A stretch of DNA of 62,736 bases, filler included, from an uncultured Thermoplasmatales archaeon (GCA_964517155.1; 3 parts of 3 records of this genome joined end to end with filler, not necessarily neighbours in it), one strand, 5' to 3'; shown: positions 29,313 through 40,606, counted from the first letter of the whole stretch. The notes: generated by a model from the sequence alone, not told the origin. A program made the numbers and translations.

Positions 29313-31427
29313 TTATAATGGTTCAAAAGTTGGTTGGAAAAGGATAAACTTTCCAATCAAAAATCCGCTGAATTCTTTTTCTACTTCATATTCTCCAATA
29401 CTGGCTTTTATTTTTCCAGTAATTTTTCCAAATCCTGCGCCTATTGAACCTGCTCCAGAATTAATCTTTTCTAGATCGTCGCTTTCTATATCGACTGTTC
29501 CATTTGCAGATACATTTACTTTACCAAGCATTCCACCAGTTGCAGTTATTTCCCAGTCAATATCTGCTAAATCATCTTCACCATAGTTTTCTATACTTGC
29601 AGAAATCATTCCTCTTGAAAACATTGGGAGGGTTATACGAAGATCTATTGGATTTTCAATGATTGTTATTTTATGTGGGTAATATGACCAGTCGCTTTGT
29701 ACACCATTTTCATCTTTTGCTTTTGCATATACTTCATATACATCTGCTTGAGTGTATGTATGTTTAAGTGTTATCTCTTGGCTGCTATTTGATGGGCCAA
29801 CCCATATACCTTCTGATTCATCACCCCAATCAATCATATAGTATACTTGATCTCCATCTGGATCAGTGGTTTTTACTTTTATTTGGATTTCTTCGCCTAA
29901 ATCTGCAATAGTATCACCAGTTACACCAGGTGCACTTGGTGGACAGTTTCCATCTGAGTGTATAAGAACTTCATCTTCCATGAAAAAGTTAGGATCTTGT
30001 GTGCAACCAATTTTCCCGCGTACATTTGCATAATTGTAGAATTCTTTTTCGCATTCGCATAACGGACATCCACTAACGCTTATACCTGTTACAATTGCAT
30101 CAAATTCTATGACGATTGTATCTCCATCTTTTACTGTGATGCCTGTTAAGTTCCACCAAATATGCTTGCTATCATTTGAAACTTCTACATACTTTTCTAT
30201 GTCTTCAATGTTTGAATAAAGATTATTAGCATATTCAAGTATGCAAGGAAGCTCATCATAGAATTGAACTTCTTCTAAATCTTCGGCACCATAATAATCA
30301 AGCTTTAATCTGAATCTAAGTATACTTCCTTTAGTTGTTTGTATTTCATCAACCCATTCTTCAGATTTTTCATCCCAGACTAGTTTTTCAAATGTTGTTT
30401 CTTGTGGTGTACAGTCAACTGATGCGTTATCTTGCCCATAAAACGTAGGTCCGCTGCAGCCCCAAGCTTTAACGTAAACCCAGTTTTCATCAATTTCTTT
30501 ACAGTAGTTTGTAACAACGGCATCAAATTCAATGATTAAACTATCTCCGCCATTTAATGTTACTTCGTTATTATATGTCCAATCCCAGATTATTTCTTTT
30601 TTATCAGAAGATACTGTGATATCAGCAGGTTGTGCTGCTCCATTTCCGGTTGTTGTAACTACACTAGAACCATTAACGTATTCAAGACAGCATGGTAAAT
30701 AATCTGTGACTATCATATTTTTTATCACATAATCATCACAAGCATGATATATAATCTCAATTTTGAATTTTACAATATCTCCTAATGTAAGGTCACCAAT
30801 GTATTCGGCCCATGCAGTTCCATTCCATACTTTTTTTATAACTTCGATTCCTGGTTCGCATGGTTCTTCACATTCGACAAAAACAGTTGCATAATCATGA
30901 CCATATAATGGTTCATTGCTACAGGTTTCTTTGCCAGTTACATATACATTGTTTACATTTTCTCCGCAGTCAACTACTGTTGCATTAAACTCTATGCTTA
31001 CCACATCTGGACCAGATTCTGGATTAAGATATAATTCAATGCCATAATCTTCTGTTAAATTCCACCATATATTTTTACCATCTACAAAACTTTCGCCATA
31101 GTATGTGTCTTCTCCAAATGTTATTACTGCATCGTTTGCATATTCAAGACATGTAGGAAGTTCATCCATTACAACTAGATTTGTAGCTTTATATCCTGCG
31201 GGTAAAACTTGATCATAATCTATAACTATTTTAAATCTAACTGTGTCTTCAAATTCTGCATTAATACTATCTGTCCAACTGCATCCATCCCAAACGGTTT
31301 TTTCAACACTGAGGTTTTCTTCGGTATCACTTGCAGTTAATTCATTTGCGTTTACAGACATTGCACTAAATGCAGATGCGATCATCAAAAGCGTCAATAA
31401 TATACTTATTGCTGTTTTTTTATTCAT
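29313..31427 (-). CDS. Secreted Cys-rich surface protein: three DUF11/Ig-like repeats, a PKD-like domain and a C-terminal beta domain
   Basis: Signal peptide; three repeats of K.VW..W..V.FKI..D.LP.CLEY..IEFDA.V; DPDGDQVYYMIDWGD. Confidence 0.8.
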   Translation of the reverse strand: MNKKTAISILLTLLMIASAFSAMSVNANELTASDTEENLSVEKTVWDGCSWTDSINAEFEDTVRFKIVIDYDQVLPAGYKATNLVVMDELPTCLEYANDAVITFGEDTYYGESFVDGKNIWWNLTEDYGIELYLNPESGPDVVSIEFNATVVDCGENVNNVYVTGKETCSNEPLYGHDYATVFVECEEPCEPGIEVIKKVWNGTAWAEYIGDLTLGDIVKFKIEIIYHACDDYVIKNMIVTDYLPCCLEYVNGSSVVTTTGNGAAQPADITVSSDKKEIIWDWTYNNEVTLNGGDSLIIEFDAVVTNYCKEIDENWVYVKAWGCSGPTFYGQDNASVDCTPQETTFEKLVWDEKSEEWVDEIQTTKGSILRFRLKLDYYGAEDLEEVQFYDELPCILEYANNLYSNIEDIEKYVEVSNDSKHIWWNLTGITVKDGDTIVIEFDAIVTGISVSGCPLCECEKEFYNYANVRGKIGCTQDPNFFMEDEVLIHSDGNCPPSAPGVTGDTIADLGEEIQIKVKTTDPDGDQVYYMIDWGDESEGIWVGPSNSSQEITLKHTYTQADVYEVYAKAKDENGVQSDWSYYPHKITIIENPIDLRITLPMFSRGMISASIENYGEDDLADIDWEITATGGMLGKVNVSANGTVDIESDDLEKINSGAGSIGAGFGKITGKIKASIGEYEVEKEFSGFLIGKFILFQPTFEPL

Positions 31428-31730
31428 TTTGTTTTTCCCCCAATAATTTTTATATTTTGGATAGGATTTCCATATATTTATATACTAAATACTATATAAA
31501 TATTCCTATCATATTATAATTATATTTACCTATTATTTTACATCAAAAATAACTTTATATATCTAACGGTTATTTTTTAAATAAAAATCAGTTAATTTTA
31601 ATTTATATCATAGTATATAATACATCTTTCAATAAGTTAGAAAATATTAAATTTTTCCTAGAATCTTAGATATACAATTGATATATTATCTTTTTTTACT
31701 ATAGCTGGTATTTGTTTAAACTTAAACAGA

Positions 31731-34700
31731 TCAGGATTCTTGCATAGAATAATTCAATCCAAAATTAATCATGAAAACATTCATCTCCTGAGTAACAACT
31801 TCACTTTGACCATATGCAACTACTTTTATTGTATAAATGCCAAATGCAAATTCATTGAAAACAAATATATGTTCCTCTGTAATATTATGTTTAAGTTCAT
31901 TGTTTATATAATACTCCACTTTATTTACTTCAGAAAGACCTGTTTCATTTAAATCTAATTCTATAGTAACAGGACCTATTGTTAATGCATTATACTCAGT
32001 GTTTTCAAATAAAGCACTTATATCAATTATAGGTTTATCCCATAAATATAAGTATCCTTCTTTTGGATTTTTAATAATACTTGGTGATCTTTCTGTAACA
32101 AACACAGTTACAGATCCTACATCATATTTACCCTTATTATCTGTTATATTATAGCTAAATACATCTATTCCGACAAAACCTGGATTTGGTGTATAAATAA
32201 CCCTGCCATAACTTATTTCTACTGTGCCGTTACCGGGTTGAGTCTGGATTTTATTTAAACTTATAGGATCGCCATCTGGGTCATAATCATTATCCAATAC
32301 ATCGATTATGTTATTTGTACTATTCTCAAAAGCATAAGCTACATCATCAACTGCTACAGGTGGACTATTAAATAACACTTCATATACTGTAATGTAAACT
32401 GTTGCAGTTGAGTAGGCATTTTTTCCATCTGAGATATTATATACAAAACTATCAAAGCCTATATAATCTGTGTTTGGATTATAATTTATTTTATCTGAGA
32501 ATACTGTTAGAGTTCCATGTTCTGGATAAACATTTATTCCTTGTATAGTTAATATATCATCATCAAGGTCGTAATCATTTTCTAAAACATATATGTCAAC
32601 AGATGTATTTTTTGCAGTGCTTATATTATCATTTACGGCTACAGGTGCGTTATTCGAATCAAACACAGTGATATAAACATCTGCGATAGATTTAGCATTA
32701 GAATTGTCAAGAATCATATATCTAAAGTGATCTTCTCCTATAAAACCAGAGTTTGGCGTATAATATATTATTTCATCGGTATATGTTACAGATCCGTTAT
32801 TTGGATCAGATACTGTAGCTATCCTAATTGTATCTTCAGGATCCTCATCTACATCATTTTCTAAAACATTTAAAATGTTATCAACAGAGTTTTGTAAAAC
32901 GCTGTAATAATCAGTATTTGCAATAGGTGGGTGATTTGCAGGTTTGGGCAAAACTTGAACATTTGCAGTGTCTTGTACATCTATTGTTAGTTCTGAAGCA
33001 AATTCAGATGATTCTTTAAATATACCTATAACTCTTGCTAGATTATCCTCTAGACCAGGTGCTGTTGCAAGTGAATCAAATTCTATTGTGATAATATCGC
33101 CTATATACAAGTCTTGGAATTTCCATAATAAAACATCTGGGTGAATATCAGGCTCGTTTGGTGTGGAATTACCTTGATATGAAAGAATCTCTGCAGGTAA
33201 ACTATCGGTAATTGCTAATTTTGTGAAATTTACTTCTCCATCGTTTTCAACAATTATTCTAAATCTTACTGTTTCGCCTTCTTGAATAGTAGTATTTTCT
33301 TCCCAACTACTTGTATCTTTGTTGAAAACTTTTTTGCAAATATGAAGTGATGCATTTGCCTCTTCAGAATTTGAAGAAATATAAATCTTTACTGTTTGTT
33401 TGTTAGTTAAGTTTATATCATTCATGCTTTGTTCATATTCTTCTATATCTAAATTTAATGTGTGTATCTCTTGTTGATAATCTGTTTGCTGGGATTCCAA
33501 GTCTTGGATGTCCAAAATTATTTGTTGAGAGTGTATGGTATTACTTTCTAACAGAATATTAAAATCTTCTAATTGTGTAGAAAGATAATTGTTGCTTTCT
33601 TGAATTCCTAAAAGAACATTATTACGGCTAGCGATTTGTGTATGAAGTCCTGCTTGTTGTTCAACTGCAGATGTCTTAAGTATCTGTAATGTTTGTTTTT
33701 CTTCAAGTTTTGAGTATTTTAATGTCACAAAATCAGACAAAACTATGTTTGCATCTGTTAAATCCCTCTGAGTTGTTTGCATCTCCTGTGTTTTTTGAAC
33801 TATATTTACTTCAGTAATCGACTTTTGTTCTAATAAGTCATTAAGAGTTTGTTCTCCTTGATTTATATTTTCCAGTGCTGTTTGTAATTCAGCAGATATA
33901 GCTGCTAACTCGGCTTCTTTGTCTGTAAGAATATTTTGCTTATCGACGATAAAAGTATTCTTATCATTTATTAGTTGTTGAGATTCTAAAATTTGAGCGT
34001 CTAATAGATTTTTTTGCTCTTCTTTTGTTGTTTTTAAATTTATTAGGCCCGTAATTGTTGCATTTTGATTTTGTATATCAGATTCAAACTGTATTTTCTG
34101 CAGATTATATGTATCTATATTTGCTTCTAAAAGTGAGATATCAGTTAATGATTGCTGCTTCTGCAGAGATAATGTATCTAAATTATTTTGAATGTTTAAA
34201 CCTGTTTGCTGATTTGCAGGAATTAATGATTGTATACTTTCAAGATCTTGTTCATAAGTGGCTTTTGAGATAGATAATGCATTTAAATCCAAGTTTAATG
34301 CGTCTATTTGTGGTTCTATTTGAGCAATAACTTCTTCTAAATATATCTTCTGACTTTGAACTGTAGATATTTCTGATTCAAGAGCTTGCTCATCGTTTAT
34401 CGATTGATCTAATGTATTATGTAGAAGTAATTGGCTTTCTTGGTTAGTTGAAAGTTGATCTTGAATATTTGATAGTGATTGTTCATATGTTATTTTATCA
34501 CTTAAAAGAGAGTTTACGATGAGTTGTTGAGCATTTAGCTGTGAATACAATAAAGATTTTTGCTCTTCATAATTTAGTATTTGATTTTCTATACTAGATA
34601 CATCGTTTAGCAGACTTTGCTTTTGTAATATTAATTGGTCTGATTCATCTAAAAGTAAGTAGTATGCATCTCTATTTGCTGATATTTGAGCGGCTATATC

Positions 34701-37700
34701 TGTAAGAGTGTTTTCATAATAGACTTGATCAGAATGTAACAAGTCAAGATCTGTTTGTAGACCTGATATTGCACTATTAAGTTGAGTTTCTTGCGAACCT
34801 AAAATTGTAAGTTGTTGTTCAAAGCCTGTAATTTTTATCTCGTTTGTTGTTTCATCATTGTATAGCTGTGCCAAAGTGCTTTGGATATCTGCAATTGTTG
34901 CTTGAACATTTGCTTTTTGTTGTTCAAGATTTAAAATATCTGCTTCTTTAACTGAAATTAAATTCATTAAATCTGTAGTTACTTGGTTGTTCTCTGATAG
35001 ATATGTTAATATCTGGTTGTATTCTTGCTGTAGTTGAGAAAGTATTTGTTGCTCTGCAGATAAACTTGCTTGCAGAGTTGTTTCTATATTATTTTGATCT
35101 TGGAGTAAAGTTTGTTTTATAAGTATTTCATCAGAGTTTGCTTGCATATCAGCTTGTATTTGTGTTATCGCAGTTTCTAAACTTGCGATTTCGTCTTGTA
35201 AAGCCGTTAGTTGTAATTGTGTTTGATCTTTTTGTGAAGTTGTTAGAGTTATTTGCTGAGAAATTGAATTTATGTCGCTGTTTAAACTTATTTGTTGTGT
35301 GTCAAGTTGATTCAGGATGTTTTGTATGGATGTTTTTTCAGAGTTAGCTGTTTGAAGTTGATTATTTAAATCAGCTAATATATCATCTGAAGCTTGAATC
35401 TGGGAAAGATATCCATCTATTGTTGCATCATTCTGACTCAAATCTGATAAAAGTTGTTGATATTGTTGGTTTAGTTGGCTCAATGTTGCTTGCTCATTTG
35501 TTATTGTTTGTTGGAGACTTATACATAAATTTCCCGCGTCTGTAAGTTCTAATTGTTTTGTATCTATTGATGAAATTGCATCTGCAAGATTCTGCTGATA
35601 AGTTGCTAAATCGGAATTCAAAGTAGTAATTTCTGTTTCTGCAGATAGTATACTTGCTTCAAGGTTCGATTTTGCAGTGTATAAAACCTGTAATTCTGCA
35701 TCTATACTTTGAATATTTGTCTGGCTATCTGCTTGCTCAACTAGTTTTTCATCAAGGCTCAAGCTTAGGCTGTTGTACTGCTGTTGGAGTTTTATATGAG
35801 TATTTACAAGATCGTCTTTTTCTACTAAACAAGACCTAATGATATTTTCTTTATCTGTTATTTGTATGCTTATTTGGCTTATCGATGATTCTTTCGAATC
35901 TATTTCGGTCTGTGTTTGTATTATTTCATCTTCATTTAAAACAGGATCGGTTATTAAATTGCTTAGATGTTTTTCAAGGTCTGAGAGCTCTTGTTCTTCA
36001 GTTGCTTTTTGGGTTTCTAATGTGGTTAAAGTAGATGATTCTATCTGAATTTCTAATTCTTTCTCATCTATTGCAATTTGATTGTTTTGCAACTCTATTT
36101 CTTTATCTGATATCTTAGTATTTAATAATGTTATATCTGCGTTTATATCGCCTAATAAAAGTTGCTCCTGGCTTTTTTCTGACTCTTTTATGTAAATATC
36201 ATTTATTTTGTTAGCTAGTTCATTTTCAAGATTGATTTTTTCTTGCGTTTTTAATGGGAGTTGTGTGTTTTCTATAGAATTTATATCTTGCTCAAGTTGA
36301 CTCTTTGTTGATTGTAGTTGTTTTATTTCTTGCTCGATTGTACTCTGATCATTTTGAGCTGTACTCAGTTGGTTTTGTACGTCTGTTATTAAAACATTCT
36401 GCTGGTCTATTTGATTTGATAAATCGGTTAGATCCTGATTTGTTAATTGCTGACTGTCTAGCTCTTGTTGAAGTAAAGCCTTTAGATCGTCATTATTTGC
36501 CTGCTCAGCAAATAATTGTTGCTCTAAACTTGCTATTAAATCAATCTTATTTTGAAGCAAAGCTTGATTTTGTGCTATTTGATCGTTGACTGAAATTAAT
36601 GATGTTTGTTTGCTTGCAAGTGTTTGCTCAAGGGAAAGTATGGTGTTTTCATAATCTTGAATTTGTAAAATAAGTTGATCTGCTTGTTGATTTTTTGTAG
36701 AGATTTGTATGGTCTTTAAAGCAATGCTTTGTTGAAGTTGATTTTGTGTTGATTGTAGTTGTTGTATTGCTTGTTGTATAGTATTCTGTTCGTCTTGTGC
36801 TATTGTTATCTGGTTTTGTATCCCTGAAATTACTGTTTGTTGCTGTTCCATTTCAAATTGTTTATCTGCTAATTCTTGATTATTTAGCTGTTGATCTGCT
36901 ACTTCTTGTTGCAGTTGTTGTTGTAAAAGACTGTATGCATCTTGTTCTTGGACTAAACTTTGTTGCAGGCTATCAAGGATGTTTTGTTTTTCTAAAAGAA
37001 GTGTTTCTTGAGAAGCAATTTGAGTTAATGTATCTTGTAGTAGTTGTTCTTCTGCTGTTTTTAATGAGTTTGTATTTTGTATCTGAGCTAATATGTCATC
37101 ATAATGAGATTGTTTTTGTGTAAGACTTGCTGTTTTTGTATCTATTTGTGCTAATGTATCTTGTAATAGTTGGTTGGTTTGTGTTTCTTGGTCTATCAGG
37201 TCATTATATTCTACTGAGTTTTGATTCATCTGTTGTGTTTTAATTTGTATCGATGTTTGTACGCTCTGTAAACTCTGAGAAGCAGTAGACAAATCATTTG
37301 TTAAACTCGTTATTTGGCTTTCTAAGTTTTGCATATCTGCTTGAAGTTGGGATAAAACTTGTTCTTCTGCTGCAATAGAGCTTATAGCTGACTGTAGGCT
37401 CTGTTGAGCCGAAGCTTCTTGTGCGACTAATTGACTTTCTAGAGATGTTAAATCATTTAATTGTTGTGTTGTTTGTTGTATCGAATCCTGCAGATTTTGT
37501 AAATCGATTGTTTGAGTATTTAAGTTAATATCCAAATCAGCAAGATTTTGATTTGCTGTCTGAAGTTCTGTTTCAAGTTGGTTTAACTCATTTGTATTTA
37601 GATTTATCGCATCTATATCTGCTTGTAACTCTTGTTGCAAAGTTGTTTGTTGTGCTATAAGCTGGTTGTACTCTTGTGTATTTTGACTTAGTTCTTGTGT

Positions 37701-39002
37701 AACTTGTTGAATATTTGCATCAAGATTTGCAAGATTTTGTGTTTCTGTTGCAAGATTATTGGATGCAGTATCTATTTGTTGAAGGGTATCTGAATATGAT
37801 GTTTGCATTTGTGACAGGCTTTGCGTTTCTTGTTGTATCTGTGTTTCTAGAGAACTAATCTCTGATGTTAAATCGTTTTGTAGAGTAATCATTGAATCAA
37901 GATTTGCTTGTTCAACTGCAAGTTCATCTTCTGCAGTTTGTATCGTTTGAATTAATTGAGCTATTTCAGTTTCAAGATTAGATTGTGAATCGATTAAACC
38001 TTGTACATGCTCTTGATTTGCATCTGAGTTTTCTAGCGCTGTTTGTATTTCCAAGTTTATGTTGTTTAAATCTTGCTCTAGGCCTTGTAGCGTTTGAATT
38101 TGTTCATATGTTAAATCTTCAAGATATGTTACTGTATTTTGCTGATTTAAGATTTGATTATCTAAACTTTCTAGTTCTAAATTTATACTATTTATGTTTT
38201 CATCTAAATTAAGAATATTGTCGTTTATTAGTTCAAGATTAGAATTTAAAGATGTTATCTCTTCATTTAAACTTATGATCTGTATCCCTAGGTTATCTAT
38301 ATCTTGGATTATAGATTGTATATTTTCATTTAGTGACTCGATTTCGCCAAGTATGCTGTTGTAATCTTCTTGATTTTTATATATCTGTAAATTTATCAAA
38401 TCTAGTTGATTTATCTTATCAGTTAGTAACTGTTTCATTAAACTAAGTTCTTCATAATATTTTGAATGTATTTCTGCTGTTGCAGCAACTGTGTTTTCTA
38501 TACCTGTAAGAGTTGTTTCAGCAAGTGCTATCATGTTATACTCTATGTATATTTTTTCTTCTGTGTTTAAACTGTCAAAAAAAACTACTAAAGTATTTTC
38601 AATAAGTTGATTAGTTGAAATTTTGCTTACATAAAGTGTTTCTTTTAAAAAACCTAAATTCTGTTCAGAGGGTAATACGTTTATGATTTTGATATTTGTA
38701 AGATCATAATTTTTAATATTTTCTATTGTTATTCTAAATCTTATTGTTGTCCCGATTTCTACTTTTATTTCATTGTCCCAATCATTATTGTTGATTTCAA
38801 TATCATTTATCTTTGTTGCCTGTATTTTTATGTCTATTGCTTTGTTTCCTTGGATATCAACATTATTTATTATTTCATGTATATCATCTATAGTGATTAA
38901 ATTTGTATGAGTTAGGCTTTCTGCAGTAACAAATGATGACGATAACAAAGTAAGGGACGTCAGAAAAACAATTATGCTTTTTATTTCTTTTTTCCTATTC
39001 AT
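31731..39002 (-). CDS. Giant secreted protein: DUF11-like domain with inserted ~1,680-aa Gln-rich coiled coil, second DUF11-like domain, three cadherin-like/Ig repeats, C-terminal domain
   Basis: Signal peptide; IRFRITIEN and VRFRIIVEN DUF11 strands; continuous heptads; three N.PP.A..D..VL.ND.D repeats; ATG 39002 after GGTGA. Confidence 0.85.
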   Translation of the reverse strand: MNRKKEIKSIIVFLTSLTLLSSSFVTAESLTHTNLITIDDIHEIINNVDIQGNKAIDIKIQATKINDIEINNNDWDNEIKVEIGTTIRFRITIENIKNYDLTNIKIINVLPSEQNLGFLKETLYVSKISTNQLIENTLVVFFDSLNTEEKIYIEYNMIALAETTLTGIENTVAATAEIHSKYYEELSLMKQLLTDKINQLDLINLQIYKNQEDYNSILGEIESLNENIQSIIQDIDNLGIQIISLNEEITSLNSNLELINDNILNLDENINSINLELESLDNQILNQQNTVTYLEDLTYEQIQTLQGLEQDLNNINLEIQTALENSDANQEHVQGLIDSQSNLETEIAQLIQTIQTAEDELAVEQANLDSMITLQNDLTSEISSLETQIQQETQSLSQMQTSYSDTLQQIDTASNNLATETQNLANLDANIQQVTQELSQNTQEYNQLIAQQTTLQQELQADIDAINLNTNELNQLETELQTANQNLADLDINLNTQTIDLQNLQDSIQQTTQQLNDLTSLESQLVAQEASAQQSLQSAISSIAAEEQVLSQLQADMQNLESQITSLTNDLSTASQSLQSVQTSIQIKTQQMNQNSVEYNDLIDQETQTNQLLQDTLAQIDTKTASLTQKQSHYDDILAQIQNTNSLKTAEEQLLQDTLTQIASQETLLLEKQNILDSLQQSLVQEQDAYSLLQQQLQQEVADQQLNNQELADKQFEMEQQQTVISGIQNQITIAQDEQNTIQQAIQQLQSTQNQLQQSIALKTIQISTKNQQADQLILQIQDYENTILSLEQTLASKQTSLISVNDQIAQNQALLQNKIDLIASLEQQLFAEQANNDDLKALLQQELDSQQLTNQDLTDLSNQIDQQNVLITDVQNQLSTAQNDQSTIEQEIKQLQSTKSQLEQDINSIENTQLPLKTQEKINLENELANKINDIYIKESEKSQEQLLLGDINADITLLNTKISDKEIELQNNQIAIDEKELEIQIESSTLTTLETQKATEEQELSDLEKHLSNLITDPVLNEDEIIQTQTEIDSKESSISQISIQITDKENIIRSCLVEKDDLVNTHIKLQQQYNSLSLSLDEKLVEQADSQTNIQSIDAELQVLYTAKSNLEASILSAETEITTLNSDLATYQQNLADAISSIDTKQLELTDAGNLCISLQQTITNEQATLSQLNQQYQQLLSDLSQNDATIDGYLSQIQASDDILADLNNQLQTANSEKTSIQNILNQLDTQQISLNSDINSISQQITLTTSQKDQTQLQLTALQDEIASLETAITQIQADMQANSDEILIKQTLLQDQNNIETTLQASLSAEQQILSQLQQEYNQILTYLSENNQVTTDLMNLISVKEADILNLEQQKANVQATIADIQSTLAQLYNDETTNEIKITGFEQQLTILGSQETQLNSAISGLQTDLDLLHSDQVYYENTLTDIAAQISANRDAYYLLLDESDQLILQKQSLLNDVSSIENQILNYEEQKSLLYSQLNAQQLIVNSLLSDKITYEQSLSNIQDQLSTNQESQLLLHNTLDQSINDEQALESEISTVQSQKIYLEEVIAQIEPQIDALNLDLNALSISKATYEQDLESIQSLIPANQQTGLNIQNNLDTLSLQKQQSLTDISLLEANIDTYNLQKIQFESDIQNQNATITGLINLKTTKEEQKNLLDAQILESQQLINDKNTFIVDKQNILTDKEAELAAISAELQTALENINQGEQTLNDLLEQKSITEVNIVQKTQEMQTTQRDLTDANIVLSDFVTLKYSKLEEKQTLQILKTSAVEQQAGLHTQIASRNNVLLGIQESNNYLSTQLEDFNILLESNTIHSQQIILDIQDLESQQTDYQQEIHTLNLDIEEYEQSMNDINLTNKQTVKIYISSNSEEANASLHICKKVFNKDTSSWEENTTIQEGETVRFRIIVENDGEVNFTKLAITDSLPAEILSYQGNSTPNEPDIHPDVLLWKFQDLYIGDIITIEFDSLATAPGLEDNLARVIGIFKESSEFASELTIDVQDTANVQVLPKPANHPPIANTDYYSVLQNSVDNILNVLENDVDEDPEDTIRIATVSDPNNGSVTYTDEIIYYTPNSGFIGEDHFRYMILDNSNAKSIADVYITVFDSNNAPVAVNDNISTAKNTSVDIYVLENDYDLDDDILTIQGINVYPEHGTLTVFSDKINYNPNTDYIGFDSFVYNISDGKNAYSTATVYITVYEVLFNSPPVAVDDVAYAFENSTNNIIDVLDNDYDPDGDPISLNKIQTQPGNGTVEISYGRVIYTPNPGFVGIDVFSYNITDNKGKYDVGSVTVFVTERSPSIIKNPKEGYLYLWDKPIIDISALFENTEYNALTIGPVTIELDLNETGLSEVNKVEYYINNELKHNITEEHIFVFNEFAFGIYTIKVVAYGQSEVVTQEMNVFMINFGLNYSMQES

Positions 39003-39381
39003 AATTTTAATCACCAAGATAAAATCTTTCTACTATAACTAAATATGTTGTTTATAATATAAATAAGTTTTTATAAAGTTATAAAAAGTTTATTATACAA
39101 ATATAACCAAAAAAATAAAAATTTATATATTTTAAACTGCCATTTGCAATTATGTATTTGTTTCTCAGCATCGTTTTAGCAACACATAAGAATGCAGTTA
39201 AGATAGTCGGTCGGTAGCATTTGCAATCTATGAATCTAGTAATGTTAGTGCACCGTCAAAATCATTAGTTATAAAACATCTTCTTTTGTTTTCTCCGATA
39301 TTTGATATTTCGTGGTATTTTTTTCATCTTTTAATAGTTTTTTAGGCATAATTTCGTCGTCTTAATTCCGATTTAATGTTT

Positions 39382-39400
39382 TGTCGTTTTGCAGACGACA
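39382..39400. promoter_or_regulatory. Inverted repeat TGTCGT-N7-ACGACA, candidate operator
   Basis: Lies just upstream of a TATA-like TATTTAAA (39412-39419) ahead of the HTH gene. Confidence 0.35.
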
Positions 39401-39471
39401 TAATAGAAAACTATTTAAACCTACAAAACAACATTATTATTAAAAAAAATTAATAAAAATGGTGCAATTTA

Positions 39472-39873
39472 ATGCAGAGATCAGGTTTAAAATCAGATAA
39501 AAACATCGAAAAAACAATTCGTGATATACTTAAATCTAAATCTAGATCTTGCATTTATGCATATCTTTTAAGAAGAAATGGTGCAAAAACAGAAGAAATT
39601 GTAAGAGGGACTAAACTTCATCCAAGCACTGTTCGCGAAACACTCTCCAAGATGCATTCTCAAAAACTAATCTACAGAAAAAAAATAAAAAACGAAAACA
39701 TAGGAAAAAACCCATATCTTTATTATCCAATACCGCCAATTGAGCTTTTAAAAAGATACACAAAGGATATAGAAGACAGGCTAAATAAACTAGCAAATAT
39801 CGCGATTCCAAAAGAAAATCATGACGATAGTCTTGCAGTTAAAATAAAAATATATAGGGGTGTGAAACAATGA
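39472..39873 (+). CDS. TrmB/ArsR-like winged-helix transcriptional regulator
   Basis: SRSCIYAYLL..EEIVRGTKLHPSTVRETL..GKNPYLYYPIPP. Confidence 0.8.
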   Translation: MQRSGLKSDKNIEKTIRDILKSKSRSCIYAYLLRRNGAKTEEIVRGTKLHPSTVRETLSKMHSQKLIYRKKIKNENIGKNPYLYYPIPPIELLKRYTKDIEDRLNKLANIAIPKENHDDSLAVKIKIYRGVKQ

Positions 39874-40606
39874 GGATTGGTATTAAAACCCTTGCAAACC
39901 TACTCACAAAAAGACCCCGAACAGTAATACTTTTGTTTGTTATTTTTACTGCACTAATAGGTTCACAGGCACAAAACCTTTACATGGTTTCAGATTATTC
40001 AAAATATTTACCACAAGATGACCCTACACTTATGCTTTGGAATGAAATCAATAAAGAATTTAATATAGGATCGACTATAATTATAATTATTAATCAAAGT
40101 GGAAGGGCATATGATGATATTAGATGTCCCGAAATACTTGTCGAAATGGATGAAATATACCGGGTTTTATACGAAAATAGGATAAATCGTGGTGAAAAAA
40201 CAGATATTACTTCAATAAAAAGCCTTTCTGTTCTGATAAGACAAGAAAATGCAAAACCAAAACCCGAGGGTAACAATGATAACAGCATTCCAAAAGATAA
40301 AAATGATGTTTACACTTATATGGAGCGCTTGTCAATCAGCAGTATGAAAGGCATATTATATACTGATGATTACGAATATGCTATTATAATAATCCAATTA
40401 GAGGATAACGCAGATTTTGATGAAGTTCTTAAAATAACCCAGGATGCAGTTGAAAACCGCGGTGTAAAACATGCACACATGACAATCACTGGAACAGTCG
40501 CAATGCAAAAAGCAATACAGCAAAAAAGCATGCAAAATATGGTAATAATATTCCCAATAGCAATTATACTTGTTTCAGCTGTTATTTTCTTTTTCCACAG
40601 AAGTGT
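39870..40606 (+). CDS. RND/MMPL family transporter, N-terminal part (truncated by gap)
   Basis: TM1, YLPQDDP, extracytoplasmic loop, ITGTVAM, TM2 ending FFHRS. Confidence 0.82.

Noticed and set aside
34055..38212. Hydrophobic plus-strand ORFs inside the giant gene
   Set aside because: Antisense of CAA-rich coiled-coil codons; no independent signals
31731..39002. Giant protein as SMC/Rad50 or phage tape measure
   Set aside because: No Walker motifs, hinge or CxxC hook; has a signal peptide and Ig-like domains; no phage genes nearby
39060..39380. Possible ncRNA or small ORFs in the long intergenic region (CATTTGCAAT occurs twice)
   Set aside because: No recognisable RNA family or convincing fold by eye; only short ORFs
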